A DNA stretch of 32,000 nucleotides from assembly GCF_024345225.1 (NCBI RefSeq), contig NZ_BROD01000001.1, forward strand, positions 3,452,516-3,484,515, in the 5' to 3' direction. Positions within the stretch are counted from its first letter, which is position 1, and the number at the start of each line of letters is the position of its first letter. Position numbers and translations under genes: made by a program. Below, one piece after another: positions 8,184-17,703 of the stretch. Source of the DNA: Inconstantimicrobium mannanitabidum (GTDB taxonomy: Bacteria > Bacillota > Clostridia > Clostridiales > Clostridiaceae). Below the pieces are notes generated by a model, which saw only the letters and a program-made list of their open reading frames with translations, was not told the DNA's origin and did no database searches.

Positions 8184-8924
8184 ATGAATGAAGTCATTAA
8201 AACATTAACAAATCATAGATCTATTCGTAATTATAAATCTACACCCGTGTCAAAAGAAGATTTATCATTAATCATCAAAGCGAGTCAAGCAGCCCCTTCT
8301 TCTATACATGGGCAACAAGTTACAATCATAAGCGTAGAAGATAAAGAAAAAAAGAAAAAGCTTTCTGAGCTAGTAGGAAATCAAACTTACGTAGATCAAG
8401 CTCCATTATTTCTTATATTCTGTGCAGATTTTTATAGAGCAAAAATTGCAGCTGATATTGTAGGAGAAGATATGGTTCTTGCAGAAAGTGAAGAAGGAAA
8501 ATTAGTAGGTGCTGTTGATGTAGGTCTTGCAATGGGAAATGCAATTGCTGCTGCAGAATCTTTAGGCTTAGGAATAGTTCCTATCGGTGGAATTAGAAAG
8601 GATGCTGAAGCAGTAGCAGAACTTTTAGAACTTCCTAAGTATGTATTTCCTATGGTTGGCTTAGTTGTCGGTCATCCTGAAGACATTTCTAATTTAAAAC
8701 CTCGTTTTCCTGAAGAAGTTATACATCACAAAGAAAAATATAATACAGATCTAAAATCTGAAATAGAAGAGTATGATCAAGTACTAAAAAATCATATGAT
8801 AAATGTAACTAATGGAGTGTATGATCAAACTTGGAGTGAAACTATAGGTGGAACATATAAGAGTGTTTATTATCCAAAAGTAAAGCAGGCCTTAGAAAAA
8901 CAAGGTTTTACAGGTACAAAATAA
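8184..8924 (+). CDS. Oxygen-insensitive NADPH nitroreductase (NfsA/NfrA-like)
   Basis: Start moved from the track's 8118 to ATG 8184, which has SD AAGGAGGG 7 nt upstream. MNEVIKTLTNHRSIRNYKSTPVSKEDL... and QAPLFLIFCADFYR are typical of the NfsA family. Confidence 0.9.
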   Translation: MNEVIKTLTNHRSIRNYKSTPVSKEDLSLIIKASQAAPSSIHGQQVTIISVEDKEKKKKLSELVGNQTYVDQAPLFLIFCADFYRAKIAADIVGEDMVLAESEEGKLVGAVDVGLAMGNAIAAAESLGLGIVPIGGIRKDAEAVAELLELPKYVFPMVGLVVGHPEDISNLKPRFPEEVIHHKEKYNTDLKSEIEEYDQVLKNHMINVTNGVYDQTWSETIGGTYKSVYYPKVKQALEKQGFTGTK

Positions 8925-8951
8925 GCATATAATTGTATTTAAAATATGCAT

Positions 8952-8988
8952 AATTAAGCTCCAATTGATAAAATCAATTGGAGCTTAA
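8952..8988. terminator. Bidirectional terminator hairpin between convergent genes
   Basis: ATTAAGCTCCAATTGA-TAAAA-TCAATTGGAGCTTAAT, a perfect 16-bp stem. It lies between the nitroreductase stop (8924) and the peptidase stop (9023). Confidence 0.7.
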
Positions 8989-9022
8989 TATATGCATTAT
9001 TATTTTTTATATTTAGTCTTTA

Positions 9023-11974
9023 CTACTTACTTACAGTAATAGTCTTAATTTGCTCTATGAAAGTATTATCATTTCCTATAGCTGTTACTTTTATTTTATG
9101 TGTTCCATTTGAAAGCGTACTTATTGGCATGATATACTCAAAACCACTATTACTATTTTTATAATTAGGAAATACATTACATACATCTTTTCTACTCTTT
9201 CCTACTGTTACTTTTGTTTCTCCTAAATTTATTGCGTCTGCAATATCTTGTCCATCAATGTTTATTACTATATTTTTTACTCCGGATGAATTAAGTGCCC
9301 ATCCTCTTATATCAATATTATCATTTAATACTTGTCCATTAACTGGAGAATCTACATTTATTCTAGGTGGGTTTTGAGAAATATTTACCATCTTACTTTG
9401 AGTAGTTACAGCACCATCATTCCCTATAACCCTTACTTGAACAGTATGTTGTCCTTCTTTTAAATCACTAGCATTCATACTGTAAATAAAACCGCTCTTA
9501 TCGGAACTTGAATAGTTAGAATAGACTTTCTTCACATCTGCTCTAGCTAATCCAGTTGTTGCGTTACCTACTTCTTGTCCATCAACTAATACTTGTATTT
9601 TATTTATTCCTGATTCATTTAATGCCCATCCTCCTACATCTATCTTATTTGTATTTGTAAATGTTTGATTATTGATAGGTGTATCCAAATTCATTCTAGC
9701 TGGATAATGAGACATATTTACTGTTTTAGTTTGACTTATTGCTATGCTATCATTTCCTATAACTCTTACTTCAATTGTATGCTTTCCGTCTTTTAAATTA
9801 CTAGCATCTAAACTATAGATAAAACCACTCTTATCAGCATTTGAATAGTTAGGATATGCTTTCTTCACATCTCCTCTAGGTAAGCCAATTGTTGCATTAC
9901 CTACTTCTTGTCCATCAACTAGCACTTGTATTTTATTTATTCCTGATTCATTTAATGCCCATCCTCCAACATCTATCTTATTTGTATTTGTAAATGTTTG
10001 ATTATTGATAGGTGCATCCAAATTCATTCTAGATGGATGTTGAGAAATATTTACTGTCTTACTTTGTTTTATTACAACACCATCATTACCTATAACGCTT
10101 GCTTCAATTGTATGCTTTCCGTCTTTTAAATTACTAGCATCTAAACTGTAAATAAAACCACTCTTATCAGCATTAGGATAGTTAGGGTAATCTTTCTTCA
10201 CATCTTCTCTACTTAAACCAGTTGTTGCATTTCCTACTTCTTGTCCATCAACTAATATTTGTACTTTACTTATTCCTGATTGATTTAATGCCCAACCTTT
10301 TATGTCTACCTTATTAGTAAATGTTTGATTCTCAGAAGGCAACTCTAAATCCATCTTAGCTTCTAACTTCTTTTTTACTATTACTGTTCTATGATAATTT
10401 AATTCTACTCCATCATTTCCTATTGCACCTACTCCTATTGAATGAGTGCCATCAGACATGGAATTTATATTTATTTTACATTCATATCCACAATTAGCTA
10501 CATTCTTATATTGTGGATATTGTTTTGCTATATCTGGTCTTGCTACATTCACATTTAAGGATGTGTAATATTTACCATCCATGTATATTTTTAATTCATT
10601 TATGCCTGATTGATTTACTGCCCAACCACTTATCATAAAATCACTATCTACATTTTGATTATCACTTGGAGAATCTATAACTAATCTAGCTGGTGGTGCA
10701 TCTTTATTTATTATGTTTAATGTTGCATTAGAAACTTTTTCAGCATATTTTCTATTAGCAATATCTTGAGAACTTTGAGGCCATGGTAATTCTACTAATG
10801 TAGATTTTGTAGTGCCTCCTTTTAATGTTTTTGCCCAATCTGTAACTGAACCTTGTTGAAAATGATCATTGTGTCCAAAACCAAATTGATCATCAAAATA
10901 CTTTCCTATTTCTGAATTTCCTAAAGTACCATTTTCCCATCCATGCATATCTATTACTACATCAGGATTTTTCCCTTTAATAAAATCATATAAACTTTTA
11001 GCTTCTGGTACTGACAAACTTCTTCCACCTGTATTATTTCTACCAGTAGTATAGTCTGTATAATCAACAGGGAATGATCTATTTATATCAACCCTATCAC
11101 TTATAGTACATCTTCCCGGTCCATTATTAGTAAATCCATCACAAAGTCCATCTGGATTTACACTTCTTACAATGTATGCTGTCCATCCATTTAATCCACC
11201 ATTATTATTGGAATAACTAGCCAAATCATTAATTACTCTGTCTGCTATTTTTACAAGTTCTTCTCCATCTCTTCTCCATGCATCCTCGAATCCATGAACT
11301 TCAAATGTCATTATAATTGTTTTAGGACCATTTCCTATTTTATAAGCTCCTAAACTTCTTCCTCTTCCACTTGTGCCATACTTCTCATAAGTCACACCAT
11401 TAACAGATAAGTTAGGTATATTTAATGTACCTAATGCTGTTGGTGAATCTTTTACATATCCTCTTTTAAGACCTGAGTCTGTTTCATACTCTATATATGA
11501 AAACCCATTTTCACTAGTTAGTATTCTTACGCCCTCATTATCATCTACACTTCCAACTTTAGAATAATTATAATCAGGACCTGCATAAACAGTTTGTCCA
11601 CTTCCTACATATCCTGGATTAGGTCCATATGACATATTAGGCACAACTGGAGACCCTGATATGTAGGATACTGGAACAAATCCCCTCTTACGTACATTAT
11701 TTGATGGATTTCCTACATAGTACTCAATAAAAAACCATCCGCAATCAAATCCTAATACTTTAACATTTTCATGCCAATCAACACTTCCTACTTTTACATA
11801 GGCACTTGAATCAGGTCCTGAATATACTGTTGTTCCATCTGTAGTTTGAGCAGAAATATACATACTTCCACTTTTTGCAAAAGCAATCATTGAATCTATA
11901 CCCATAGTACAGAAAAACATAATTAAAATTAATATTGTTGTAATCTTTTTAGTAACATAACTTATTTTCTTCAT
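9023..11974 (-). CDS. Secreted cell-wall-type M14 zinc carboxypeptidase with two N-terminal SH3b-like domains and five C-terminal Ig-like repeats
   Basis: 983 aa with a signal/TM N-terminus. Two SH3b-like segments (GPDSSAYVKVGSV...GFVPVSYI; AGPDYNYSKVGSV...KRGYV). M14 motifs HGFE (HxxE) and DMHGW. Five modules of about 110 aa follow, each with GWALN..SG...(V/I)..DG. Confidence 0.88.
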   Translation of the reverse strand: MKKISYVTKKITTILILIMFFCTMGIDSMIAFAKSGSMYISAQTTDGTTVYSGPDSSAYVKVGSVDWHENVKVLGFDCGWFFIEYYVGNPSNNVRKRGFVPVSYISGSPVVPNMSYGPNPGYVGSGQTVYAGPDYNYSKVGSVDDNEGVRILTSENGFSYIEYETDSGLKRGYVKDSPTALGTLNIPNLSVNGVTYEKYGTSGRGRSLGAYKIGNGPKTIIMTFEVHGFEDAWRRDGEELVKIADRVINDLASYSNNNGGLNGWTAYIVRSVNPDGLCDGFTNNGPGRCTISDRVDINRSFPVDYTDYTTGRNNTGGRSLSVPEAKSLYDFIKGKNPDVVIDMHGWENGTLGNSEIGKYFDDQFGFGHNDHFQQGSVTDWAKTLKGGTTKSTLVELPWPQSSQDIANRKYAEKVSNATLNIINKDAPPARLVIDSPSDNQNVDSDFMISGWAVNQSGINELKIYMDGKYYTSLNVNVARPDIAKQYPQYKNVANCGYECKININSMSDGTHSIGVGAIGNDGVELNYHRTVIVKKKLEAKMDLELPSENQTFTNKVDIKGWALNQSGISKVQILVDGQEVGNATTGLSREDVKKDYPNYPNADKSGFIYSLDASNLKDGKHTIEASVIGNDGVVIKQSKTVNISQHPSRMNLDAPINNQTFTNTNKIDVGGWALNESGINKIQVLVDGQEVGNATIGLPRGDVKKAYPNYSNADKSGFIYSLDASNLKDGKHTIEVRVIGNDSIAISQTKTVNMSHYPARMNLDTPINNQTFTNTNKIDVGGWALNESGINKIQVLVDGQEVGNATTGLARADVKKVYSNYSSSDKSGFIYSMNASDLKEGQHTVQVRVIGNDGAVTTQSKMVNISQNPPRINVDSPVNGQVLNDNIDIRGWALNSSGVKNIVINIDGQDIADAINLGETKVTVGKSRKDVCNVFPNYKNSNSGFEYIMPISTLSNGTHKIKVTAIGNDNTFIEQIKTITVSK
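9026..10693 (-). repeat. Intragenic tandem repeats (five units of 327-345 bp; the three units in 9371..10366 are near-identical)
   Basis: Protein repeats R1-R5 were counted from the C-terminus: 115, 111, 111, 110 and 109 aa. The DNA period of about 333 bp is visible, for example between 9696 and 10028. Confidence 0.85.
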
Positions 11975-12225
11975 GATATCCCCTTATTCCTATTCTTAGT
12001 AGCTGCATATATAAAATCAACATACTAATCATTTTTTGTCATGTTTTTATTTAACTTTATCCCCCCTTTCCTAAACTAACCAATTTAACCTCTTTAAAGT
12101 TCACAATATCTACACTCCTAACTAAATCTTCTATATAATATTCATATATTTACTTGCTTATCATTGATAAGTAATTTTTAAATTTCTTAATACCTTCTGT
12201 TACTTTTAATGCTTTAAAATATGCC

Positions 12226-13041
12226 TTACTTATTTCCAAATGCATATATCACTGGCATCTTAAAGTAAAATCCATCACCCTTATTAAATTTATTAAGTCC
12301 TTTAAAAACATCCATTTTGAACTTATTAAATTGTTCCTTTCCTAACTCTTCTATACAATCAAATATACCTCTAACTGCATTAGTGCACATATGCTGCCAC
12401 CATTCTTCCTTACTCTTATACATAACATAATTACTTTCTTCATAAACTCTAATATCTTTGAAATCGAACTGTTCTAATATATTTTGGATATCCTTTATAG
12501 TTTCAAACTTTGGCGCATTCGATTTTCCTGTATTATTGTTGCAGGGTAAATAGGAGTTTATGATTTCTGTTAACCACTTTTGATCTTCTTGTACTCCCCA
12601 CACGCTAAAGGCAGCTTGTCCACCATTCTTTAGTATTCGTTTTACCCCATTTAACTTTTCTTCACCAAATAACAGAATTCCAATAGCAAATCCACAAATT
12701 ATATTATCAAAGCTGTTCTCTTCAAACTCTAAACTTTGTGCATTCATCCTTCTTACTTCAGCATTTTTAATGCCCTTTAGCAATATATCCTTTTGAGTTG
12801 CTTTTACCATTTCTTCTGAATAATCTATTCCAACAATTAAACCATTTTCACCAATCTTATCTACTGCAGGGAACAATGAAGCACCCCTTCCCATACCTAT
12901 GTCTAATACTTTTGCGCCATTATTTATATTTGAAAGTTCAACTAGTCTGCCTCCAAATTCATTCCAATACCTTGGACCAACTTCTCCAAAATTATGAGCT
13001 ACCTTGTCCCATATGTTCTTAATTTGTTTAGTTTTATTCAT
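12226..13041 (-). CDS. Class I SAM-dependent methyltransferase
   Basis: 271 aa. Motif I is VLDIGMGRGASLFP, with motif-II/III-like DNIICGFAI and LKNGGQAAF. Confidence 0.85.
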   Translation of the reverse strand: MNKTKQIKNIWDKVAHNFGEVGPRYWNEFGGRLVELSNINNGAKVLDIGMGRGASLFPAVDKIGENGLIVGIDYSEEMVKATQKDILLKGIKNAEVRRMNAQSLEFEENSFDNIICGFAIGILLFGEEKLNGVKRILKNGGQAAFSVWGVQEDQKWLTEIINSYLPCNNNTGKSNAPKFETIKDIQNILEQFDFKDIRVYEESNYVMYKSKEEWWQHMCTNAVRGIFDCIEELGKEQFNKFKMDVFKGLNKFNKGDGFYFKMPVIYAFGNK

Positions 13042-13059
13042 GCTTTGTTACCCCTTAGC

Positions 13060-13512
13060 CTATTCATCTAGATTCTTTTCAAAGCAAATTGCCTCAGCTC
13101 TATTTTCATACTTACCATAGTTAGGGATACGATGATATCCTCTATTCTCATAAAATATCACTGCTCGTTTATTTATTAGTCTTGTTTCAAGCCAAAGAGT
13201 AGAATACCCCATCTTTTTTGCCTGTGTCTCTAAATAATTTAAAACTTCAGTTCCTACATTTCTCCCTTTTACTCTAGCAAACACTCGCTTAACTTCAGCA
13301 ATGTCTTCACTAATTGGTCGTATAGCTCCACATCCAATGGGTTCATCAGCCCCACTATATGCTACAACAAATAAAGAACGCGGAACATATACATCATTTT
13401 CATTAAACGAACTCTTGCCGCTATTACCTGTTATTGATTCCAATTCCTCTGATAATTCATTTAATAATAAAGTAGTCTCTGAAGCGTTTGGATGCGTTTC
13501 TACAATTCGCAT
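13060..13512 (-). CDS. GNAT-family N-acetyltransferase
   Basis: 150 aa. The acetyl-CoA-binding region is RVFARVKGRNVGTEVLNYLETQAKKMGY and the C-terminus is FYENRGY. Confidence 0.85.
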   Translation of the reverse strand: MRIVETHPNASETTLLLNELSEELESITGNSGKSSFNENDVYVPRSLFVVAYSGADEPIGCGAIRPISEDIAEVKRVFARVKGRNVGTEVLNYLETQAKKMGYSTLWLETRLINKRAVIFYENRGYHRIPNYGKYENRAEAICFEKNLDE

Positions 13513-13528
13513 ATATACACACCTTCTT

Positions 13529-14263
13529 TCATTTTATTTTTTGAGACAATACCACTTCATCAAATAGAACTTCAAATCCTACACTTTTTGCTATACTTAA
13601 AGATGGATTGTTACTTTTATCCACCAAATAAACTGGTAAAATGCCATTGTCCACACACCATTGTGCAGCTGCAGCTGTAACTGATTTTCCATAACCTTTT
13701 CCTGAATGCTCTTCAGATGTCCAGACATGAATATTTCCTCCATTAAAATTAATATCAGATATAACTGCTTGAGATATTATTATTTCATCTTCTATTATGA
13801 CAAATACCCTTCCTTGGTCTATTTGCTCTTTTCTTAAATTCCACTTATGTTCCTTAATAGAAGCATCACTTATAGATGCTATTGTATTGAAATATACATC
13901 TTTATGACCAGATTTTAATTGTATAACCCTTGCTGTATTAATTTGTTTATATTTATCTGAAACTAAGCCCATTCTATACATATTTCTTACATTAAAATCA
14001 TCTAATTCACTGCTAAACATATTTGTTAACAACTCAACGTCTCTTAATTCTCTATTTTTAATATTATACTCACTGAAAACCTTATCAAAATGTGGAGCTA
14101 TTGAAACAACTGCTATTCCATTAAAACTTGATACAATTACTAAATGGTAATAATAGAAGCAGATAGGCTTATTTCTTTGATCAGATTCAAAAATAAAACT
14201 TCCTTTGTTGAGTAATTCAGTATTTATATTTAAATAGTTACAATAATACTTTGAATAGTCCAT
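13529..14263 (-). CDS. GNAT-domain protein (C-terminal acetyltransferase fold, unknown N-terminal domain)
   Basis: 244 aa. The C-terminus HSGKGYGKSVTAAAAQWCVDNGILPVY...AKSVGFE is GNAT-like. SD GAGGGAGAG lies upstream. It stops 16 nt before the next GNAT gene, so an operon with the methyltransferase is likely. Confidence 0.7.
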   Translation of the reverse strand: MDYSKYYCNYLNINTELLNKGSFIFESDQRNKPICFYYYHLVIVSSFNGIAVVSIAPHFDKVFSEYNIKNRELRDVELLTNMFSSELDDFNVRNMYRMGLVSDKYKQINTARVIQLKSGHKDVYFNTIASISDASIKEHKWNLRKEQIDQGRVFVIIEDEIIISQAVISDINFNGGNIHVWTSEEHSGKGYGKSVTAAAAQWCVDNGILPVYLVDKSNNPSLSIAKSVGFEVLFDEVVLSQKIK

Positions 14264-14494
14264 AACTCTCCCTCATGCACATTTGATCTTTTACTTATTT
14301 AGTAAACTCAACTTTTTTCAATATGCTGTTCAAATCTAGCAGAATTTATAAAGCAATCTATAAACTTAACCTATACTTCTCTAATTAGTATGATTTACCA
14401 CCTTGTATTATTGTAATTATATCATAATGCTAGAAATTTCTACATAATATTTTAAAAAATAAACTTACTTTTTTGTATAGAATTATATTATAAA

Positions 14495-14529
14495 GCAAAA
14501 AAAATGCTAATCTTAATTGATTAGCATTT
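14495..14529 (-). terminator. Rho-independent terminator after motB
   Basis: Minus strand: AAATGCTAATC-AATTAA-GATTAGCATTT followed by TTTTTTTT. Confidence 0.75.
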
Positions 14530-14596
14530 CTAAATTTCATATATTTATTTAGTTTAAATATTATTTTATAACTTCAAAATAATATTTTTATCTGTG

Positions 14597-15355
14597 TTAA
14601 TTTGTTGAACCTGTATTTTTATCTTCTGCTGTAGTAGCTGGGAAGTTACGAATTACAAAAATCTCAACTCTTCTATTTTTAGCTCTTCCCTCTTCAGTAG
14701 CGTTATCATACTTAGGTTGATATTCTCCATACGCTTGTGTTGATATCTTATTTGGATTCATTCCTGCATTAACCATAAAGTTCAAAACATTTACTGCACG
14801 CATAGCACTTAAATCCCAGTTTGAACGAAACTTAGCATTACTTATAGGTATATTGTCTGTATGTCCTGCTATTCGTACATTGTTGTTTAAATTTAAAAGC
14901 ATCTTAGAAACATCATTAAGCATTGGTGTCACACCATTAACTATAGTTGCATCACCAGAATTAAAAAGTACTGTGGATTGTATTGATATCTCTAATCCTT
15001 CTTTATCAAGCTGAACATTAACCTTATCTGAATAACCTTTATCCTGAATCTCTTTTTCAAGTTGTTTCTTTACACTTTCCATCTTATCTGTTTCAATTTG
15101 TGCATTTGACATTTTTGATGAAGAACCTGCATTTTCATTAGAAACTATTGCATTTCCACTCTGAGTTGTTACTCCACTGCCACCAGCAAAAATAGTTTGA
15201 AAAGACTTACTTACTTGTTCAAGTTTTGCTTTATCAGTTTGTCCCATAGCAAACATAACTATAAACAATGCTAATAATAATGTTAGAAGGTCTGAGTAAG
15301 GAAGAAGCCATGCTTCATCTACATGCTCGTCATGATGTTTTTTTTTCTTGCCCAT
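14597..15355 (-). CDS. motB: Flagellar stator protein MotB (OmpA-like peptidoglycan-binding C-terminus)
   Basis: 252 aa. The N-terminal WLLPYSDLLTLLLALFIVMFAM contains the conserved Asp-bearing plug/TM. The OmpA-like C-terminus has GHTDNIPI, SNWDLSAMRA and NRRVEI. Confidence 0.9.
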   Translation of the reverse strand: MGKKKKHHDEHVDEAWLLPYSDLLTLLLALFIVMFAMGQTDKAKLEQVSKSFQTIFAGGSGVTTQSGNAIVSNENAGSSSKMSNAQIETDKMESVKKQLEKEIQDKGYSDKVNVQLDKEGLEISIQSTVLFNSGDATIVNGVTPMLNDVSKMLLNLNNNVRIAGHTDNIPISNAKFRSNWDLSAMRAVNVLNFMVNAGMNPNKISTQAYGEYQPKYDNATEEGRAKNRRVEIFVIRNFPATTAEDKNTGSTN

Positions 15356-15376
15356 GATTATTCTCCTTTACTATAT

Positions 15377-16174
15377 TTATTTGCTACCTTCTGCATTTCC
15401 TACTGCTGCTTCTAAAGCTTCTCTTTGTTTTGGATCCAACATACCAGCTAACTTCATTTGTATAGCTTTTGAGTTTTTACCTTCTTGTATAGCTAATACA
15501 CCTTCAACAATGATGTACATTGTCTTTATTTCTTCAGCAGATTTTCTCTTTAATCTAGATGCAGCAGGATGGCAAAAAACGTATCCTACGAATATACCAA
15601 AAAGTGTTGCAACGAAGGCTCCTGCTATAGACTCTCCTAGCTTGTCAGTATCTTTCAAATCTCCAAGGGCACCAATTAATCCAACAACAGCTCCTAGAAC
15701 CCCTAATGTAGGTGCAGAACTACCTGCAGTTGTAAAAACTGAAGCTCCTACTCTATGTCTTTCTTCCATACTTTCAATTTCAGTATCTAATACTTCCCTT
15801 ATGTATTCTGGATCCATACCATCCACTACCATCTCAAAGCCTTTTTTCATAAACTTATTTTCCATCTGTTGGATGTCGCCTTCTAATGCTAATATACCAT
15901 TCTTTCTAGTTGCTTGAGACATTTCAACTATCTTGTTAATAATAGCAATTGGATCAATATCTGTTCTTTCTTTGAATAACACTCCAAAAATCTTAGGAAT
16001 ATTAAGAAATTCCTTCTTTGGAAATGAGTTTGCAGTTGCTGCAATTGTACCACCGAAGATTATAAGCAGTGCTTCTCCACTGAATAATAGTGCAATGTTA
16101 GCACCTTTAAGAACCATTCCTAAAAGTACTGCAGCAAACCCTGCAATTATACCTGCAATTAAGAAAATATCCAT
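15377..16174 (-). CDS. motA: Flagellar stator protein MotA/MotP (MotA/TolQ/ExbB proton-channel family)
   Basis: Start moved to ATG 16174 (MDIFLIAG...), which has SD GGGGGA 6 nt upstream. Four TM segments. It stops 21 nt before motB. Confidence 0.9.
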   Translation of the reverse strand: MDIFLIAGIIAGFAAVLLGMVLKGANIALLFSGEALLIIFGGTIAATANSFPKKEFLNIPKIFGVLFKERTDIDPIAIINKIVEMSQATRKNGILALEGDIQQMENKFMKKGFEMVVDGMDPEYIREVLDTEIESMEERHRVGASVFTTAGSSAPTLGVLGAVVGLIGALGDLKDTDKLGESIAGAFVATLFGIFVGYVFCHPAASRLKRKSAEEIKTMYIIVEGVLAIQEGKNSKAIQMKLAGMLDPKQREALEAAVGNAEGSK

Positions 16175-16422
16175 ATTTTTTCCCCCATTATACATTGTTT
16201 TATACAAAATATTATATCATAATATTTTATTAGTGAAAACTTTCTTTTTATTAGTATTTTATTACACAATTCTTGTTTATTTAGCAAAATGGTAAAATGT
16301 ATACTTATTTGCTTTATCTTTATAACATTATTTAATTATTCTATACGAAGTTTGTCTTTTTCTTGAAAGAATTGTCGTAACACTATTTATATCGTTAATA
16401 AAATTCAATACTAAAATAAAAT

Positions 16423-17703
16423 TTATTGATTAAGCATTATTTTTAATACTTCCACATCGGTTTCCTTCATTCCTACCCGGCCAAGTCTTCCTACTGCAGA
16501 TATAGTATCTTCGACATTTTTCTTAACGATACCAGAATCTACTTCAAAACATACATCTTTCATTGCAAGGCAATGAGCCATATTAGCTGCATCAAGGCAA
16601 GATGCTATTTTAGCTGCACAAGAAGATTTGGCTCCATCACATACTATTCCCGAAATATTTGCTATAGTATTTGTTATAGTTTTTTCTACTTGTTCCAAGG
16701 TTCCCCCTTCTATATATGTAATCCCAGCACCACTTCCACAAGCTGCACTGACTGCTCCACAATAAGCTGATAATCTTCCGATGCCTGTCTTTTGATGGAT
16801 AGTAACCAAATTTGCCAGAACAAGAGCTCTATACATTTTTTCTGCTTCAATATTTTTCTCTTTTGCATATATTGCAACTGGTATTGATGTAGTCATTCCT
16901 TGATTCCCACTTCCTGAGTTTGTTACAACAGGCATACTACAACCACTCATCCTTGCATCAGAGCCGGCCGCTGCATATGCTCTCATCTTGGTAAATACAT
17001 CATTACCATAGCATTCCATAAGCATTCTACCTATATTTACCCCATAATTCTTTGTAAGTCCTTCTTCTGCAATTTTTAGATTACATTTAATTTGCTTTTC
17101 TAAGAGTTCTTTTACATCTTCAATCTTTAATTTATTTACAAATTCATATATATCTTTGACGTTCAAAACACTTCTATCTGATAAAGGAGCATTAAAATTT
17201 TCCTTCCCATAATCCTTCTCAAATATAATCTTATCATTCTTCTGAATTCTACATATATTAGTGTGAGTATGTATTATTTCAACTTCTGAATACTCATCCT
17301 TGAATGTAGCTTGTACAATAATATGTAAGTTAGCATCTTCAGGTAGCATTTCTATTTCACACAATTCTGTGTCCATTAACCTTTTAACTGTTTTCACATC
17401 ATTTTCTGAAATTTTTGACAGAACTTCAAGACATGCAGAAGCATCTCCCCCAACCATTCCGGTAACTGCACTAGCCTTAATCCCCCTTAAATTTCCTGTA
17501 TTAGGCACTACAACTGACTTGGCATTTTTTATTATATTTCCGCTACATTTAACTATTACCTTTTCAGGAAAGCACCCTAAAACTTCACGTGCTTTTGCTG
17601 TTGCATATGCAATCGCTATAGGTTCAGTACACCCCAGTGCTGGTACCAATTCCTCCTTAAGAATTTTTAGATATGCATTATATTTTTTTTCATCAATACT
17701 CAT
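16423..17703 (-). CDS. UPF0597 / serine-dehydratase-alpha-like protein (L-cysteine desulfidase YhaM/CyuA family)
   Basis: About 426 aa. The LGCTEPIAIAYA motif and the Gly/Cys-rich core (SGSGNQG, CGAVSAACGSGAG) are family-typical. The second ATG (17703) is preferred because the GGGGGG SD is only 2 nt from the first. Confidence 0.85.
   Translation of the reverse strand: MSIDEKKYNAYLKILKEELVPALGCTEPIAIAYATAKAREVLGCFPEKVIVKCSGNIIKNAKSVVVPNTGNLRGIKASAVTGMVGGDASACLEVLSKISENDVKTVKRLMDTELCEIEMLPEDANLHIIVQATFKDEYSEVEIIHTHTNICRIQKNDKIIFEKDYGKENFNAPLSDRSVLNVKDIYEFVNKLKIEDVKELLEKQIKCNLKIAEEGLTKNYGVNIGRMLMECYGNDVFTKMRAYAAAGSDARMSGCSMPVVTNSGSGNQGMTTSIPVAIYAKEKNIEAEKMYRALVLANLVTIHQKTGIGRLSAYCGAVSAACGSGAGITYIEGGTLEQVEKTITNTIANISGIVCDGAKSSCAAKIASCLDAANMAHCLAMKDVCFEVDSGIVKKNVEDTISAVGRLGRVGMKETDVEVLKIMLNQ

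Noticed and set aside
9026-10693. Regularly spaced DNA repeats that could be mistaken for a CRISPR or other non-coding array.
   Set aside because: The period is about 333 bp, in frame within a 983-aa ORF, and encodes Ig-like protein modules. There is no short repeat/spacer structure anywhere in the window.
12010-12125. Tiny minus-strand ORFs (about 5 and 15 codons) with SD-like sequences in the leader of the M14 peptidase gene.
   Set aside because: They are too short, with no conservation information, and AT-rich intergenic DNA yields such ORFs by chance.
12140-12180. Palindrome TTACTT-GC-TTATCA-T-TGATAA-GTAA downstream of the methyltransferase operon, as a possible terminator or operator.
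   Set aside because: The loop is essentially 1 nt, so it cannot form a stable RNA hairpin without distortion. No T-run follows on the relevant strand. There is too little evidence to call a function.
12201-12230. GTTACTTTTAATGCTTTAAAATATGCCTTA resembles the conserved arm complement, with an internal insertion.
   Set aside because: It overlaps the 3' end and stop codon of the methyltransferase CDS, needs an 8-nt gap to align, and has no partner arm. It is likely chance similarity.
14597-16174. MotA/MotB homologues as a possible Zorya (ZorA/ZorB) anti-phage system.
   Set aside because: At 265 aa, MotA has standard stator length and lacks the long C-terminal tail of ZorA. No ZorC, ZorD or ZorE-like genes (helicase or nuclease) are adjacent. 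The flanking genes are metabolic.
15348-16295. Long plus-strand ORFs (15348..15917 and 15933..16295). Similar antisense ORFs occur at 2080..2298, 3073..3354, 5723..5941, 6149..6466, 12798..13022, 13301..13680, 16573..16770, 17300..17722, 18416..18751, 21717..21959, 23497..23694, 25562..25832 and 27875..28105.
   Set aside because: Each lies entirely antisense to a well-supported minus-strand gene. They have low-complexity, hydrophobic or Ser/Leu/Ile/Phe-rich translations typical of shadow frames in AT-rich DNA, and they lack SD sequences.
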